Shown: in pieces, positions 12,325-24,024 of the stretch
How the letters are laid out: each line of letters begins with the position of its first letter
How positions within the stretch are numbered: the stretch's first letter is position 1
Source: an uncultured Acidimicrobiaceae bacterium
GTDB lineage: Bacteria > Actinomycetota > Acidimicrobiia > Acidimicrobiales > RAAP-2
Reading direction: 5' to 3'
Length of the DNA stretch: 64,000 nucleotides
Assembly (NCBI GenBank): GCA_963829265.1
Contig: CAWHIB010000010.1
Coordinates: 216,028 to 280,027, forward strand
Program-made: the position numbers and the translations under genes
The notes under the pieces: model-generated
Databases searched by the model: none
What the model saw: the letters and a program-made list of their open reading frames with translations, nothing else
What the model was told of the DNA's origin: nothing

Positions 12325-14286
12325 GCTTCGGCGGCGGCATGGGATTCGGCGGGGCACCCGGGGGGTTCGGTCGACCGGCCGCACCCGGGCTCCCGTTCGC
12401 CGGGATCCCGAGCGAGCTCCAGACCCGGGTCGACGGGCTGCTGGCCACCGAGCCCGAGCATCCCGAGCCCGACATCGTGTTCGAGCAGAGCGCGTCGGAG
12501 GACGAGCTCAAGCGGCTCTCGTTGCGCCAGCTGCTCACCAAGTACCCGGGGATGCTGGCCCTGGCCGGCCTGCTGGTGGTGGTCATCGCCGTGGCCGGCC
12601 AGGTCGGCCCCAAGCTGACCGAGTACGCCATCAACTACGGGATGACGCCCGCCTCCCCCCAGAACGGCAACGTCGACCACCTCGATTTCGGCGTGGTGGT
12701 GGCCATGGCCGCCGCCTACCTGGTGTTCATCGCCATCACGGCCCTGGCCCAGCGGTTCAACGCCCAGGTGACGGGCCGGTTGGCCGCCTGGGTGATGAAC
12801 GACCTCCGGGTGAAGATCTTCGCCCACCTCCAGCGCCTGTCCCTCAGCTTCTTCACCGAGGAGAAGGCGGGCGTGGTCATGTCCCGCATGACGAGCGACA
12901 TCGAGAACCTCCAGCAGCTGCTCCAGGACGGCCTCTCCCAGCTGGCCGTCCAGGGCCTGACCATGGTGGTCATCGTCGTCATCCTGTTCGCCACGAACGT
13001 CACCCTGGCCCTCATCACCGTGGCCCTGATCGTGCCCGCCCTCCTGGCCGCGTCGATCTGGTTCACCCGGGCCTCCGAACGGGGCTACGACCGGGTCCGC
13101 GACCGGATCGCCGACGTGCTGGCCGACCTGTCCGAGAGCCTCCACGGCGTGCGCATCGTGACGGCCCACAACCGCCAGCGTCACAACGTCATCCATCACC
13201 GCAACGTGGTCGGCGACTACCGCGAGGCCAACAACTACACGGCCCACGTGAATGCCCTCTACGGCCCCGGCACCCAACTGCTCGGGGTCCTCGGCCAGGC
13301 CGCCCTGCTGGCCATCGGCGGCACCATGGTGCTCCGCGGTTCGTTGTCCGCCGGCGCCCTGGTGGCCTTCTTCCTCTACCTGGGCCGCCTGTTCCAGCCC
13401 ATCCAGCTGCTCGTGCAGCAGTACAACACGTACCAGCAGGGCCAGTCGTCGATCACCAAGTTGCGCGACGCTGGTCGACACCGAGCCCGAGGTGGTCGAG
13501 GCGGCCGACGCCATCCCGCTCCCCGCCATCGAGGGGCGGATCGCCTTCGAGGACCTGTCGTTCGGCTACGTGCCCGGACGGTTGGTGATCGAGCACGTCG
13601 ACCTGGTGGTCGAGCCCGGCCAGACGGTGGCATTCGTGGGCCCGACCGGGGCGGGCAAGTCCACGTTGGCCAAGCTGGTCACCCGCTTCTACGACCCCAC
13701 CGAGGGCCGGGTCACCATCGACGGGCACGATCTCCGCACCGTCACCATGCACTCGCTGCGCAGCCAGCTGGGCGTGGTCCCCCAGGAGCCGTTCCTCTTC
13801 GCCGGGACCATCGGCGACAACATCGCCTTCGCCCGCCCGGATGCGTCCCCCGACGAACTCCGCGAGGCGGTGGAGCGCGTGGGGCTGACCGACGTCATCG
13901 ACCGGATGCCCGAGGGCCTCGACACCGTCGTCCACGAGCGGGGCCAGACCCTGTCCTCCGGCGAACGCCAGCTCATCGCCCTGGCCCGGGCCTTCCTGGC
14001 CCATCCCCGTGTCCTGGTGCTCGACGAGGCCACGTCGAACCTCGACCTCCAGTCGGAGACGAAGATCGAGTCGGCCCTCGACGTGCTGCTCGAGAACCGC
14101 ACCGCCATCCTGATCGCCCACCGGCTGTCGACGGCCATGCGGGCCGACCGGATCGCCGTGGTCGACGAGGGCCGGATCATCGAGGTGGGCAGCCACGACG
14201 AGCTGGTGGCCCGGGGCGGCCGCTACGCCGAGATGTACGAGACCTGGGTCAGCCAGTCCGACGTGGCCGGCCACCCGACGGCCTGA
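12321..14286 (+). CDS. ABC transporter permease/ATP-binding protein (partner half-transporter), one frameshift
   Basis: ATGA overlap at 12321. Walker A GPTGAGKST, signature LSSGERQL and Walker B LVLDEATSN are present. The frame switches near 13465 between ORF 12321.. and ORF 13252..14286. Confidence 0.9.
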
Positions 14287-14318
14287 TCAACGCGGGCCCG
14301 GATCCCCGCCGCGTCGGA

Positions 14319-14885
14319 TCAGGGTCGGCGTCCGGTCAGGTCGAGGAGGCGGGTCAGCGCCGGGGCGTCCTCGCCCACCGAGCCCGACGGTCCGGTCCCG
14401 AAGATCCCGATCTCGCCGATGAACGGTGCCATGGGCAGGATCTGCCCGAGGGCGACGGTGGCCAGGTCGTCGGGGATCCCGTCGTCGACGCCGATGGCCG
14501 TGGCCAGGTCCCACGCGTGCAGGGTCAGGTCGCCGATGCGGAACTCGAGGAGCCGCGAGGCGGGGACGTCGCCGATGGTGTGATGGACCACCGCGTCCCA
14601 ATCGGAGACGGCGCCGAGCCGGTCGAGTTGGTCGGCGACGGTCTCCCGGCACCGGTCGACGACGTCATCGCCGAACGACTGGCCCCAGAAGGCCTTGGCC
14701 TCGTCCTGGCTGGCCCCGTCCAGCAGGGCCACCGCCATCTGGCTGCCCACGATGACGTGGCCGAGCAGGTCCCGGACGTCCCACTCCTCGCACGGCGTGG
14801 ACAGGCCGAGCTGGTCGGTCCCCACCTGGTCGAGCACGGCGACGAAGGTCGACGAGGCGGCGGCGATGGCGTCGAGGGGTTCCAT
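14319..14885 (-). CDS. DinB-like / mycothiol-dependent maleylpyruvate isomerase N-terminal domain protein (TIGR03086-like)
   Basis: Intact 188-aa ORF. The pattern PCEEWDVRDLLGHVI ... RIGDLTLHAWDLA is typical of the actinobacterial DinB-fold family. Confidence 0.7.
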   Translation of the reverse strand: MEPLDAIAAASSTFVAVLDQVGTDQLGLSTPCEEWDVRDLLGHVIVGSQMAVALLDGASQDEAKAFWGQSFGDDVVDRCRETVADQLDRLGAVSDWDAVVHHTIGDVPASRLLEFRIGDLTLHAWDLATAIGVDDGIPDDLATVALGQILPMAPFIGEIGIFGTGPSGSVGEDAPALTRLLDLTGRRP

Positions 14886-14923
14886 GGCCAGAACCTATCC
14901 CGCACCCGGTGCGGGCACCCGGA

Positions 14924-16303
14924 TCAGGACACCGACGGCACGGTGGACAGGCCCTCGGCGAACCGGGCGTCACTGATCACCTCGTCGACCATGGTTCCGC
15001 TCAGGTACGAGTCGTAGGCGGCGAGGTCGAAGTGGCCGTGGCCGCACAGGGCGGTCAGGATCACCTTCTCCTCACCGGACTCCCGGCACGCCGCCGCCTC
15101 GCGCACGGCGGCCGCGATGGCGTGTGTCGGTTCCGGGGCCGGAAGGATCCCCTCGGTGCGCACGAACTGCATGGCCGCCGCGAAGCACTCGGTCTGCGGG
15201 ATGGCGATGGCCTCCATCATCCCGAGTTCGTAGATGTGGGAGATGAGGGGGGACATGCCGTGATAGCGGAGCCCTCCGGCGTGGATCGGGTCGGGGATGA
15301 AGTCGTGGCCGAGGGTGTGCATCTTCATCAGCGGGGTCATGCCGGCGGTGTCGCCGAAGTCGTAGGCGTAGACACCCCGGGTCAGCGATGGACACGAGGC
15401 GGGCTCGACGGCCCGGATCACCGGGTTCATCCTGCCGGCCAACTTCTCGCGCAGGAAGGGGAAGGCCAGGCCTCCGAAGTTCGATCCCCCTCCGGTGCAG
15501 CCCACCAGGACGTCGGGTGCGGTCTCGCCGGCCTTGGCCAGCTGCAGCAGGGCCTCCTCGCCGATGATCGTCTGGTGCATCAGCACATGGTTCAGCACGC
15601 TGCCGAGGGCGTAGCGGGTCTCGGGGTCGGGTGCCGCGACCTCGACGGCCTCACTGATGGCGATGCCGAGGGAACCCGGGTTGTCCGGATCGGCGGCGAG
15701 GATGGCCCGGCCGGCGGCCGTCAGCTCGCTGGGCGACCGGTGGACGACGCCACCGAAGGCCTCCATCATCAGGCGCCGGTAGGGCTTCTGGTCGAAGCTC
15801 GCCCCGACCTGCCAGATCTCGCACTCGAGACCGAACAGGGCGCAGGCGAAGGCCAGGGCCGTGCCCCACTGCCCGGCACCCGTCTCGGTGGTGAGGCGCC
15901 TGATGCCGGCCTTGGCGTTGTAGTACGCCTGCGGGACCGCCGTGTTGGGCTTGTGCGAGCCCGCCGGCGAGCCTCCCTCGTACTTGTAGTAGATCCGGGC
16001 CGGAGTGTCGAGCAGCTGCTCGAGGCGGCGGGCCCGGTAGAGCGGGCTGGGCCTCCACTGGCGGTAGACGTCGAGCACGGCACCGGGGATGTCGATGTAC
16101 CGGTCCTGGCTCACCTCCTGGAGGATGAGGTCCATCGGGAACAGCGGCGCGAAGTCGTCGGGCCCGGCCGGCTCGAGGGTGCCGGGATGGAGGGCCGGCG
16201 GGGGCGGCGACGGCAGGTCGGGCACGATGTTGTACCAGGCGGTCGGCATCTCGCTCTCGTCCAACAGGTACTTGTGCTGGTGGACGGTTTCATCGATGGC
16301 CAT
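14924..16303 (-). CDS. trpB: TrpB-like PLP-dependent enzyme (tryptophan synthase beta, TrpB2 type)
   Basis: Intact 459-aa ORF. It has the PLP-lysine context [25 protein letters not shown] and GGGSNFGG. No trpA lies adjacent. Confidence 0.85.
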   Translation of the reverse strand: MAIDETVHQHKYLLDESEMPTAWYNIVPDLPSPPPPALHPGTLEPAGPDDFAPLFPMDLILQEVSQDRYIDIPGAVLDVYRQWRPSPLYRARRLEQLLDTPARIYYKYEGGSPAGSHKPNTAVPQAYYNAKAGIRRLTTETGAGQWGTALAFACALFGLECEIWQVGASFDQKPYRRLMMEAFGGVVHRSPSELTAAGRAILAADPDNPGSLGIAISEAVEVAAPDPETRYALGSVLNHVLMHQTIIGEEALLQLAKAGETAPDVLVGCTGGGSNFGGLAFPFLREKLAGRMNPVIRAVEPASCPSLTRGVYAYDFGDTAGMTPLMKMHTLGHDFIPDPIHAGGLRYHGMSPLISHIYELGMMEAIAIPQTECFAAAMQFVRTEGILPAPEPTHAIAAAVREAAACRESGEEKVILTALCGHGHFDLAAYDSYLSGTMVDEVISDARFAEGLSTVPSVS

Positions 16304-16409
16304 GGTGGACCTCCTGGGTGCCGGTGCTGCTCAAGATAGCCACGTACGGGCCTCGTGTCCCCTGGTCCACGCGGACCCCGGCGCGTCCCTCCGCTTCGGC
16401 GAGGTGATC

Positions 16410-17813
16410 TCAGTCGTAGGTCGGGTAGCGGTCGGCCCACGGGTCCGCCACCTCGAGCTGGGATGCCACCCGGATGAGCTGGGCGTCGCGGAAGGCGCCG
16501 GCCACGAGCTGCACCCCCACCGGGAGCCCCGACGGGGAGACGTGCAGGGGCAGGCTCACGGCCGGCTGCCCGGTGATGTTGAACAGTGCGGTGAACGCGG
16601 CCATCGACACGATCTCCATGGGCGGGAAGTCGGGCTGGGCGTGGACCTGGGCCAGCAGGCCCACGGCCGGCGGCTCGATGGCCATGGTCGGGGTCAGCAG
16701 GAGGTCGAATTCGTCGTCGAACCGGGCCAGGATCCCGCGTGTCCGGGCCTGGAGGGTCCGGACGGCGTGCACGAACGAGACGCTGTCGACGGCCCGGCCG
16801 GCGGCACAGGAGACCCGGTTGTGCGGCTCCATGGCACCGGGGTCGATGTCCAGGTGCTCGGCGAAGCCGGAGTTCATCAGGCTGAGGAAGTGCCCGAGGT
16901 CCGCCGGGTCGAACAGATCGGCGTCGAGTCGGACGACGTGGTGGCCGAGGGACTCGAGCAGCCCGGCGGCGTGGTCGACCGCGGCCACCGCCTCCGGTGC
17001 GGTCTCGACACCCAGGGCGGAGACGGTGTTGACGGCGATCCGGAGCCGTCCCGGATCGGCGCCGACCTCCTCGGCGAACGGGCGATCCTTGGTCGGCGGG
17101 CTCCACCAGGCCAACGGGTCGGGGTTGCTGATCACGTCGAGGACGGCCGCCGCGTCGGCCACCGTGCGGGTGAGCACTCCCTCGGTCGCCAGTCCGGACC
17201 ACAACGGGACGGTGTCGGCCACCCGACCGCGGCTGGGCTTGTGCCCGACGAGTCCGCAGCACGACGCCGGGATGCGGATCGATCCGCCGCCGTCGCTGGC
17301 GTTGGCCGCCGGGAACATTCCCGAGGCGACCGCCGATCCGGCGCCGCCGCTCGAGCCACCGGACGTGTACGCGGTGTCCCACGGGTTGCGGGTGGCGCCG
17401 AACCGTGTGTTCTCCGTGACGGTGATCGAGCCGAACTCCGGGGTGTTCGTGCGCCCGCACAGGATGAACCCGGCATCCACGAACGCGGTGGCCACCAGCT
17501 CCGAGTGCTCGGCGGGTCCGTCGGGTGCTCCGAGCGAACCGAAGGTGACGGGTTGGCCCGCCACCGGGAGCAGGTCCTTGATCGGGAGGGGGACCCCGGC
17601 GAACGGCGGGAGCTCGGTGTCGCCCGCCGCGATCCGCTCACCCAGGGCGCGGGCGGCGGCCCGGGCCTCGTCGTCGTTGCGCCAGATGACCGCATTGAGC
17701 CCGGGATTCCGGGCGTCGACCCGGGCCAGCGTCGCCTCCAGGACTTCGAGCGGACTCACCTCCTTGGTCCGGATGGCCGTGGCGGTGTCGATGGCGGAAG
17801 CGTGCTCGTCCAT
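16410..17813 (-). CDS. amidase (amidase signature family)
   Basis: ORF 16410..17894. The AS motif GGSSGGAGSAVASG and a probable start MDEHASAIDTATAIR at 17813 are present. Confidence 0.85.
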   Translation of the reverse strand: MDEHASAIDTATAIRTKEVSPLEVLEATLARVDARNPGLNAVIWRNDDEARAAARALGERIAAGDTELPPFAGVPLPIKDLLPVAGQPVTFGSLGAPDGPAEHSELVATAFVDAGFILCGRTNTPEFGSITVTENTRFGATRNPWDTAYTSGGSSGGAGSAVASGMFPAANASDGGGSIRIPASCCGLVGHKPSRGRVADTVPLWSGLATEGVLTRTVADAAAVLDVISNPDPLAWWSPPTKDRPFAEEVGADPGRLRIAVNTVSALGVETAPEAVAAVDHAAGLLESLGHHVVRLDADLFDPADLGHFLSLMNSGFAEHLDIDPGAMEPHNRVSCAAGRAVDSVSFVHAVRTLQARTRGILARFDDEFDLLLTPTMAIEPPAVGLLAQVHAQPDFPPMEIVSMAAFTALFNITGQPAVSLPLHVSPSGLPVGVQLVAGAFRDAQLIRVASQLEVADPWADRYPTYD

Positions 17814-17902
17814 GGGGCACTGTAGGTCAGGGCCGGCGACGCGGACCGGGAGCGCACCGGAGGGTCGATGGCCGCTGCCGTCGGGGTGTGGCACGGTGGA
17901 CC

Positions 17903-18634
17903 ATGGTCGCCTACGAGCGCTTCGCCGCCTTCTACGACGTGGTCATGGACGACCCCGGGCCACGGGCGGCCCGGGTCAACGCGGCCATCGACCGCTACCA
18001 CCCCGACGCCACATCCCTCCTGGAGTTGGGGTGCGGGACGGGATCGATCCTGGCCCGCCTCGACTCCGGGGCCCAGCTGACCGGCCTCGACCGGTCGCCC
18101 GCCATGCTGGCCGTTGCCGCCACCAAGGTGCCCGGGGCCAGACTGATCGAGGGCGACATGGCCGCATTCGACCTCGGACGCCGGTTCGACGTCGTCGTCT
18201 GCGTGTTCGACTCGGTCAACCACCTACTCGACGTGGGCTCCTGGGCCTCGCTGTTCGCCGGAGTCCACGCGCACCTGGCCGGGGGCGGACTGTTCGTGCT
18301 CGACGTGAACACCGTGGGTGAGCTGCACCGGTTGGGAGAGGAGCTGCCGTGGGTCTACGACTTCGCGGGCGGCACCGCCATCATCGACGTGTCGTTCGCC
18401 CTCGATCCGGACGGACTGGGGGTGACGGACTGGGACATCCGGATCTTCGAGCAGATCACCGACACGCGCTACGAGCTCCACCACGAGCGGATCGGCGAGC
18501 TGGCCCTGCCCCTCGAACGGGTGCGGGGACTGCTGGCTGACGGGTTCGAGCTCCTCGAAGAGGTCGACGAGGACGGGCTGGCGGCCACCGACGCCTCGGT
18601 GAAGGCGTACTACGCCCTCCGACGCAGGGGGTAG
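17903..18634 (+). CDS. class I SAM-dependent methyltransferase
   Basis: Motif I LLELGCGTG. ORF 17888..18634 with an internal ATG at 17903. Confidence 0.8.
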   Translation: MVAYERFAAFYDVVMDDPGPRAARVNAAIDRYHPDATSLLELGCGTGSILARLDSGAQLTGLDRSPAMLAVAATKVPGARLIEGDMAAFDLGRRFDVVVCVFDSVNHLLDVGSWASLFAGVHAHLAGGGLFVLDVNTVGELHRLGEELPWVYDFAGGTAIIDVSFALDPDGLGVTDWDIRIFEQITDTRYELHHERIGELALPLERVRGLLADGFELLEEVDEDGLAATDASVKAYYALRRRG

Positions 18635-18651
18635 GCGGTCAGGCGCGGGGC

Positions 18652-20522
18652 TCAGGCATCCGGCCAGAGCCGGTCCCGCAGTCCCGAGGCCCGGGCGACC
18701 GGTCGTTCGATGGCCTCCACGATCGCATCCTCGCCTCCGACCAGGGTCACCCGTTGCTTGCCGCGGGTCACCGCCGTGTACAACAGCTCGCGGGTCAGGA
18801 TCCGGGACCCGTGCTCCGGCAACGACACCACAGCATGGGCGAACTCCGATCCCTGGCTCTTGTGGATGGTCATCGCCCACCACGTCTCCCACGTGCCCAG
18901 TCGTGACAACGGAAGGAACCGGATGCCCTCTGCGGACGGCACCGCAACACGCAGGCCCTCAGGACGTTGGACGACGACGCCGGTGTCGCCGTTGAAGAGT
19001 CGGTTGGCACGGTCGTTGCTCGTCACGATGACCGGCGTGCCCGACCAGACTCCTCCGACCCGCGGTGCGTCCGCGAACGCTGCCCTCACCACGCGCTCCA
19101 CCCGATCGCTCCAATCGAAGCGCCCGAACGCTCCGAAGCGGGTGGCGGCCAGCACCTTGATGCGGTCAGCCTCATCGACAGCGCCCTCCGGATCCACCGC
19201 GGCCGCCGCCGCCACCGCCACCGCCGAGGCAGTGACCTCGGCACGCAGCACGTCGAGCGCAGGTGCGTCGTCCGGGCGCACCCAGGACACCTCCCCCCGG
19301 GGCGCCGGAGCACGTCGAAGACGGCAGGTAGGTCCCCGCGGCGGACGGCCCCGGCCAGCTCGGCGATCTCGGAGTCCTCGGCGAAGCGGTGCCTCGCCGT
19401 CAGCTCGGTCACTCGGCCGCGCAGGGGTGCTTCGGGTGGACCGGCGTCACGGTTGTCCGGTCCGACCACGTCGCCGATCACCGTGCCGGCCTCGATGCTG
19501 GCCAGCTGATCGGGGTCACCCACCAGGACGAGGCGGGCGTCGGGGCGGAGCGCGTCCAGCAGGCGGGCCATGAGGGGCAGGGCCACCATCGACGTCTCGT
19601 CGACGATCACCAGGTCCACTGGGAGGAAGGTCGATCCGTCCTCGCCCCTCCGCCCTCGCCCGGACCCCATGAGGAGCCGGTGGAGGGTGCCGGGCTCCGT
19701 GGCGACCAGACGGCCAGCCAGGTCGGTGTCCACCAGTCCCTCGGCCAGCATCGCGTCAACCCGGGCCACCACTGCTGTGCGCATCCGCATGGCTGCCTTG
19801 CCCGTGGGTGCCGCCAGGGCGATGCGGACCTCTCCCCCGCCCCGGTCGGCCAGGATCTGCGCAGCTGCCAGGATCCGGGCGACCGTGTGGGTCTTTCCCG
19901 TGCCCGGGCCGCCGGCCACGACGGAAATGCAGTGGCGGATGGCCCGCTCTGCAGCAAGACGCTGGAGATCCGGCCCGTCCGGGTCCGGGTCCGCATCGGC
20001 GAAGAGCGCGCCCAGCACCTCGTCCACGTCGACGTCGAGGAGGGGCACTCCGCCGAACGGTGCCCCGGAACGCCGGCTCCGCTCCGTCAGCTGGCGGGTG
20101 ACCTCGAGTTCGTAGGCCCAGTAGCGGTGGAGATAGAGCCGTCGGCCGTGGAGCACCAGGGGGCGCAGCCGCTCGGGGGGCGTCGCGTCCTCGAGTGTCA
20201 CGATGCCGGAGGTGGCCAGGACCTGCTCCCAGTGGTCACCGGTCGGCCAGTCGAGCCCGTCGGCGGCACCGCCGTCACCCGACCCGCGGTCGATCAGGCC
20301 GTCGATGTGGTCCAGGTCGAGGCAGACGTGCCCGTTCCGTGTCGCCCGGGAGGCGAGACCCAGCGCCAGCAGCTCGAGCGACGTGGCCTCCGGGGCCAGC
20401 CTCGAGACGCGGTCGACCAGATGGACGTCGGCCTGTTCGAGGGCTCCCGCGTCCATGAACGGGTGCAGCGGGTCGGGCGCCGAGGACCAGGCCGAACTGC
20501 GTACCACCGGGTCTTCAGCCAC
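18652..20522 (-). CDS. recD: exodeoxyribonuclease V alpha subunit RecD, one frameshift at a C6G4 run
   Basis: N-terminal ORF 19086..20522 has Walker A VVAGGPGTGKTHTV and DETSM. C-terminal ORF 18652..19290 has TIHKSQGSEF and ELLYTAVTRGK. The frames join at the homopolymer around 19293-19302. Confidence 0.9.
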
Positions 20523-23500
20523 CCGTGCGCCTCCCCCCGGAACTGCCGGCCAGCAGGTCGCTCAGCTCCAGCACCAGGTCCGGCGGGATGGGCCAGGAGA
20601 ACACGCCGAGCGAGGCGCCGTCGTCCGCCGGCTCGTTGACCGTGGTCATCCCTCGGAGGAACAGGTAGGCGGCCCCGCCGAGGTGGTCCCCGGGCCGGTA
20701 GTCCGGAAGCCGCCAACGCAGGTAGCGGTGGAGGGCGACCGAGTAGATCAGGGCCTGGACGGGATAGTGGTGTGCGGCCATGGCGGTGGCCAGGCCCGTG
20801 GGGGAGTAGTCCCCCCTGGACGGATCGACACCCCGGGGCACCAGCTGGTTGGTCTTGTAGTCGACCACCACGAAGTGGGCACCGTCTCCGGCCCCGATCC
20901 TGGCGATCAGGTCGATCGATCCGGTCAGGAACCCCGCCAGTTCCATACCGGGAGCGGACGCGGCGAAGGCGTCGGCCCACGCACGGAGGGGGTCGTCCGG
21001 GGCGAGGTGGGAGCGGACCAACTCGGCGATCCCCTGCATCGTCGCCCGCCCTCCCCCGCCGGCCAGACGCAGGTCGAAATCCATCTCGTTGAGCCGGTCA
21101 CCCGGGTGGAGGTCGACCAGGCTGCCCCCGTGGAAGAGGGGGCCGAGAGGGGCTCGCAGGGCGTCCGAGAGGCCGCTCGCCAGCAGGTGCCGGCCGGTCC
21201 GGGGCGACCGGTCGGCACCGACCAGCGGCGTGAGGTCCACCGGTCCGCCCGTCAGGACGATGCCGGCGGCGCGGTCGAGTTCGTCGGCGAGCGGGTCGGC
21301 CGTGAAGTCGGCCCCCTCGAGGACCGAGTGGACGAGCGTCCCGAATGCGGTGCCGGCCGGCAGGGTCGACAGGTCCCCCACGGCGAACGGCGTCGAGGTG
21401 CCATCGCCAGCTCCCGGCCCACGGTGGGCGGTCGATCCGGAGCCCAGCGCATCGTCGAACCCGCCCTCGTCGCCGGCGCCCCGGTCGGCCCCCGAGTCGT
21501 CGTAGGGATCCGAGCCGGTCTGGTCGATGTGGCGGGTCAGCGACGAGAACGACCATCGGTGGACCGACCGGTCCAGCACCCGATCGAACGAGGCGACGTG
21601 GTACTGGTCGGCCCCGGTCGGCGATGACGCCGACCTCTCGGGTGGCACCGGTGGATCGGGAGGGTCCTCCACGATGGTGACGGCGATGGTGCCGGTCGAG
21701 GCATCGACCACGGGCCGCAACGCGTCGGCGAGGTCGACGGCCGGCGGGACCGCCACGGAAGGTGCTCCGAACGCCGCCGCGTCGAGGTCGGCGCCATCGC
21801 GGGCAAAGAGCAGGTGAGCCAGTGCCGTGGCGCTGCTGGATTGACGGTTCGCCCACCACACGGCGGTCAGATGATGGGCACGGGTCAGCGCCACGTAGAG
21901 GAGTCGGAGCTGCTCACCCGCCACCTCGGCGTCCCTCCGGGCCACTCGGGCCGCCGCCCCGGTGCGGTCCGGCCAGTCCTTCCCATTGGCCAGGTCGAGT
22001 ACCCACTGCACCCCACCCTCCGGGGTTCGGTCGGCGAACACGGTGAGGCCCTGCGGCGGCGGCCACCACAGGGTGGGCACGCAGACGATGGGGAATTCCA
22101 GGCCCTTCGCCTTCCAGATCGTCATGATCTGGACCGCGTCGCTGTCGGACTCGATCCGGCGGGCCGTAACGTTGCCGTCGACCTCGGTGTCGGCCTGGAC
22201 ATCCGGGGGGATCTCCAGCACGGCCAACAGACCGGGCACCGCCGACCGGCCGCGGGGCGCGGCGTCGTGCAGGAGTTCGACCAGATGCTCCAGGTCCGTG
22301 ACGTGGCGGTCCCCCTCACGGGTTCCGATGACCCGGGAGATGACCCGCGTCCTCCCCCAGATCCGGGCGAATACCTCGGCCACCGGTTCCGAGCGGAGGA
22401 GGCCGGCCCAGGTGGCCAGATCCTCCTGGAGCCCCATCCACTCGGCATCCGACGCCGCGACGATGCGCTCCGGCGACCAGTCCACGAACCACGACGACGC
22501 GTAGGCGTGGACCAGTGCCGGATCGAATGGTCGGGCCATGGCCCGCAGGAGCATCCGGAGCTGGACTGCGGCCCGTGATCCCAGCACCGTCCCGTCGGCG
22601 GCCACGACGGCGGGGATGCCCGCATCGACGAGCTCGCGCTGCACCTGCTCGGCGTGGACGTTCCGTGTGACCAGTACGGCGATGTCGGACGCCACGACGC
22701 GTCGCACGGTCCCAGGCTCCTTGCCCGGCACCTCGGCCGCGGACAGCAGCGACGCCACATAAGCAGCCAGGTCCTCCGCCACCGCGTCCCTGGCCCCGTC
22801 GGACATGAGCACGTCCGGATCCCTGACCGTCCGGGCCAGATCGTGACGCACCATGGCCCGGATATCGAGGACCGGAGGTTCGACCTCGGGGCCGATCCGG
22901 ATCCGGCGGTCGACGTGCGGATCCGACACGCCGACCGAGGTGAACGGGATCAGCGGGTCACCGAAGGTGGCCCCGGCCAGCAGGGCCTCGAGCGACCGGA
23001 GCACCGGCTCGTCGGACCGCCAGTTGGTCGCCAGCGTCTCCCGCCGGACCCCGGAGCCCTCGCCCACCGCGTGGAGGTAGGTGTGGACGTCGGCGCCACG
23101 GAACCGGTAGATCGCCTGCTTCGGATCCCCCACCGTGATCAGCACGTTCCCGGTCCCCGGAACGGCGAACAGCGTCGAAAAGATGTCCCACTGCACGGCA
23201 TCCGTGTCCTGGAACTCGTCGATCAGGGCCACCTTGTACCTACTGCGGAGGGCAGCGACGACTCCGGGACCGGTCTTCGGGTCCTGGATGGCGTCGAGAA
23301 GCTGGGCCAGCAGATCGTCGAACCCGATCGCGGCCCGCTCCGTCCGGCGTCGGGCGCACTCGTCGACCGCCCGGAGGACCAGTCGACGCAGCGTGACGTG
23401 GATCGGCTTCGCCTTGGGCTGTCCAGGGTCGGGCTGCACATCGATTCCCGGACGGCGCAGCGCCTCGGTCGTGGCCCGCACCAGGTCCCCGAGCCCCGGC

Positions 23501-24024
23501 AGAGAGCCGGGGGCCGCCGGGGCCGACGCCTCCTGGGCCAGGAGGTCGGTGCAGGTGGCGACGACGAGGTCCTCCGCGTTCGACACCAGTTCGGCATCGG
23601 GGTCGATGTCCCCGGAGATCCCGAGCATCCGGTGTATCTGCCGGGCGAAGCCGTGAATGGTGGCGATCGTGACGGAGTCGAATTCGGACAGGGCAGCCGA
23701 GAGGCGCTGGGCACGGAGGTCCCGGTCACGGTCGCACACGAAAGCGAGGAGTTCGTCCTCCGCCGGCAGCTCGTGGCCGTCCACGAGGTGGGCGACGGCG
23801 GTGGCGAGGCGCTCGCGCAGACGCGCCCGGAGCTCGTCGGTGGCCGCCCGGGTGTAGGTGACCACCAGCAGCTCCGAGGCGACGATGCGCCCCTCGGCCA
23901 GGTACCGCGTCGCCAGTCCAGTGAGGGCATACGTCTTACCGGTCCCGGCACTGGCCTCGATGGCGAGTTGCCCCTCGGGCAGTCGGGCGTGTCCGTCGAA
24001 CTCGGCCTCGCCTCCGTCCCTCAT
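20515..24024 (-). CDS. recB: exodeoxyribonuclease V beta subunit RecB (UvrD-like helicase-nuclease)
   Basis: Intact ORF 20515..24120. The probable start MRDGGEAEF at 24024 overlaps the recC stop (ATGA). It has Walker A EASAGTGKTYAL and a C-terminal PD-(D/E)xK nuclease region (VVVDYKTN). Confidence 0.9.
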   Translation of the reverse strand: MRDGGEAEFDGHARLPEGQLAIEASAGTGKTYALTGLATRYLAEGRIVASELLVVTYTRAATDELRARLRERLATAVAHLVDGHELPAEDELLAFVCDRDRDLRAQRLSAALSEFDSVTIATIHGFARQIHRMLGISGDIDPDAELVSNAEDLVVATCTDLLAQEASAPAAPGSLPGLGDLVRATTEALRRPGIDVQPDPGQPKAKPIHVTLRRLVLRAVDECARRRTERAAIGFDDLLAQLLDAIQDPKTGPGVVAALRSRYKVALIDEFQDTDAVQWDIFSTLFAVPGTGNVLITVGDPKQAIYRFRGADVHTYLHAVGEGSGVRRETLATNWRSDEPVLRSLEALLAGATFGDPLIPFTSVGVSDPHVDRRIRIGPEVEPPVLDIRAMVRHDLARTVRDPDVLMSDGARDAVAEDLAAYVASLLSAAEVPGKEPGTVRRVVASDIAVLVTRNVHAEQVQRELVDAGIPAVVAADGTVLGSRAAVQLRMLLRAMARPFDPALVHAYASSWFVDWSPERIVAASDAEWMGLQEDLATWAGLLRSEPVAEVFARIWGRTRVISRVIGTREGDRHVTDLEHLVELLHDAAPRGRSAVPGLLAVLEIPPDVQADTEVDGNVTARRIESDSDAVQIMTIWKAKGLEFPIVCVPTLWWPPPQGLTVFADRTPEGGVQWVLDLANGKDWPDRTGAAARVARRDAEVAGEQLRLLYVALTRAHHLTAVWWANRQSSSATALAHLLFARDGADLDAAAFGAPSVAVPPAVDLADALRPVVDASTGTIAVTIVEDPPDPPVPPERSASSPTGADQYHVASFDRVLDRSVHRWSFSSLTRHIDQTGSDPYDDSGADRGAGDEGGFDDALGSGSTAHRGPGAGDGTSTPFAVGDLSTLPAGTAFGTLVHSVLEGADFTADPLADELDRAAGIVLTGGPVDLTPLVGADRSPRTGRHLLASGLSDALRAPLGPLFHGGSLVDLHPGDRLNEMDFDLRLAGGGGRATMQGIAELVRSHLAPDDPLRAWADAFAASAPGMELAGFLTGSIDLIARIGAGDGAHFVVVDYKTNQLVPRGVDPSRGDYSPTGLATAMAAHHYPVQALIYSVALHRYLRWRLPDYRPGDHLGGAAYLFLRGMTTVNEPADDGASLGVFSWPIPPDLVLELSDLLAGSSGGRRTGG

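Noticed and set aside
14924-16303. A stand-alone TrpB2 next to an amidase, as a novel amino-acid pathway.
   Set aside because: TrpB2 genes are commonly found outside trp operons. The neighbourhood offers no specific evidence for a new pathway.
19291-19302. Programmed ribosomal frameshifting as the explanation for the split genes (recD, IS1380, ABC and others).
   Set aside because: The switch sites share no slippery heptamer or downstream structure. They occur in dozens of unrelated genes in both directions. Indel error or decay is far more parsimonious.
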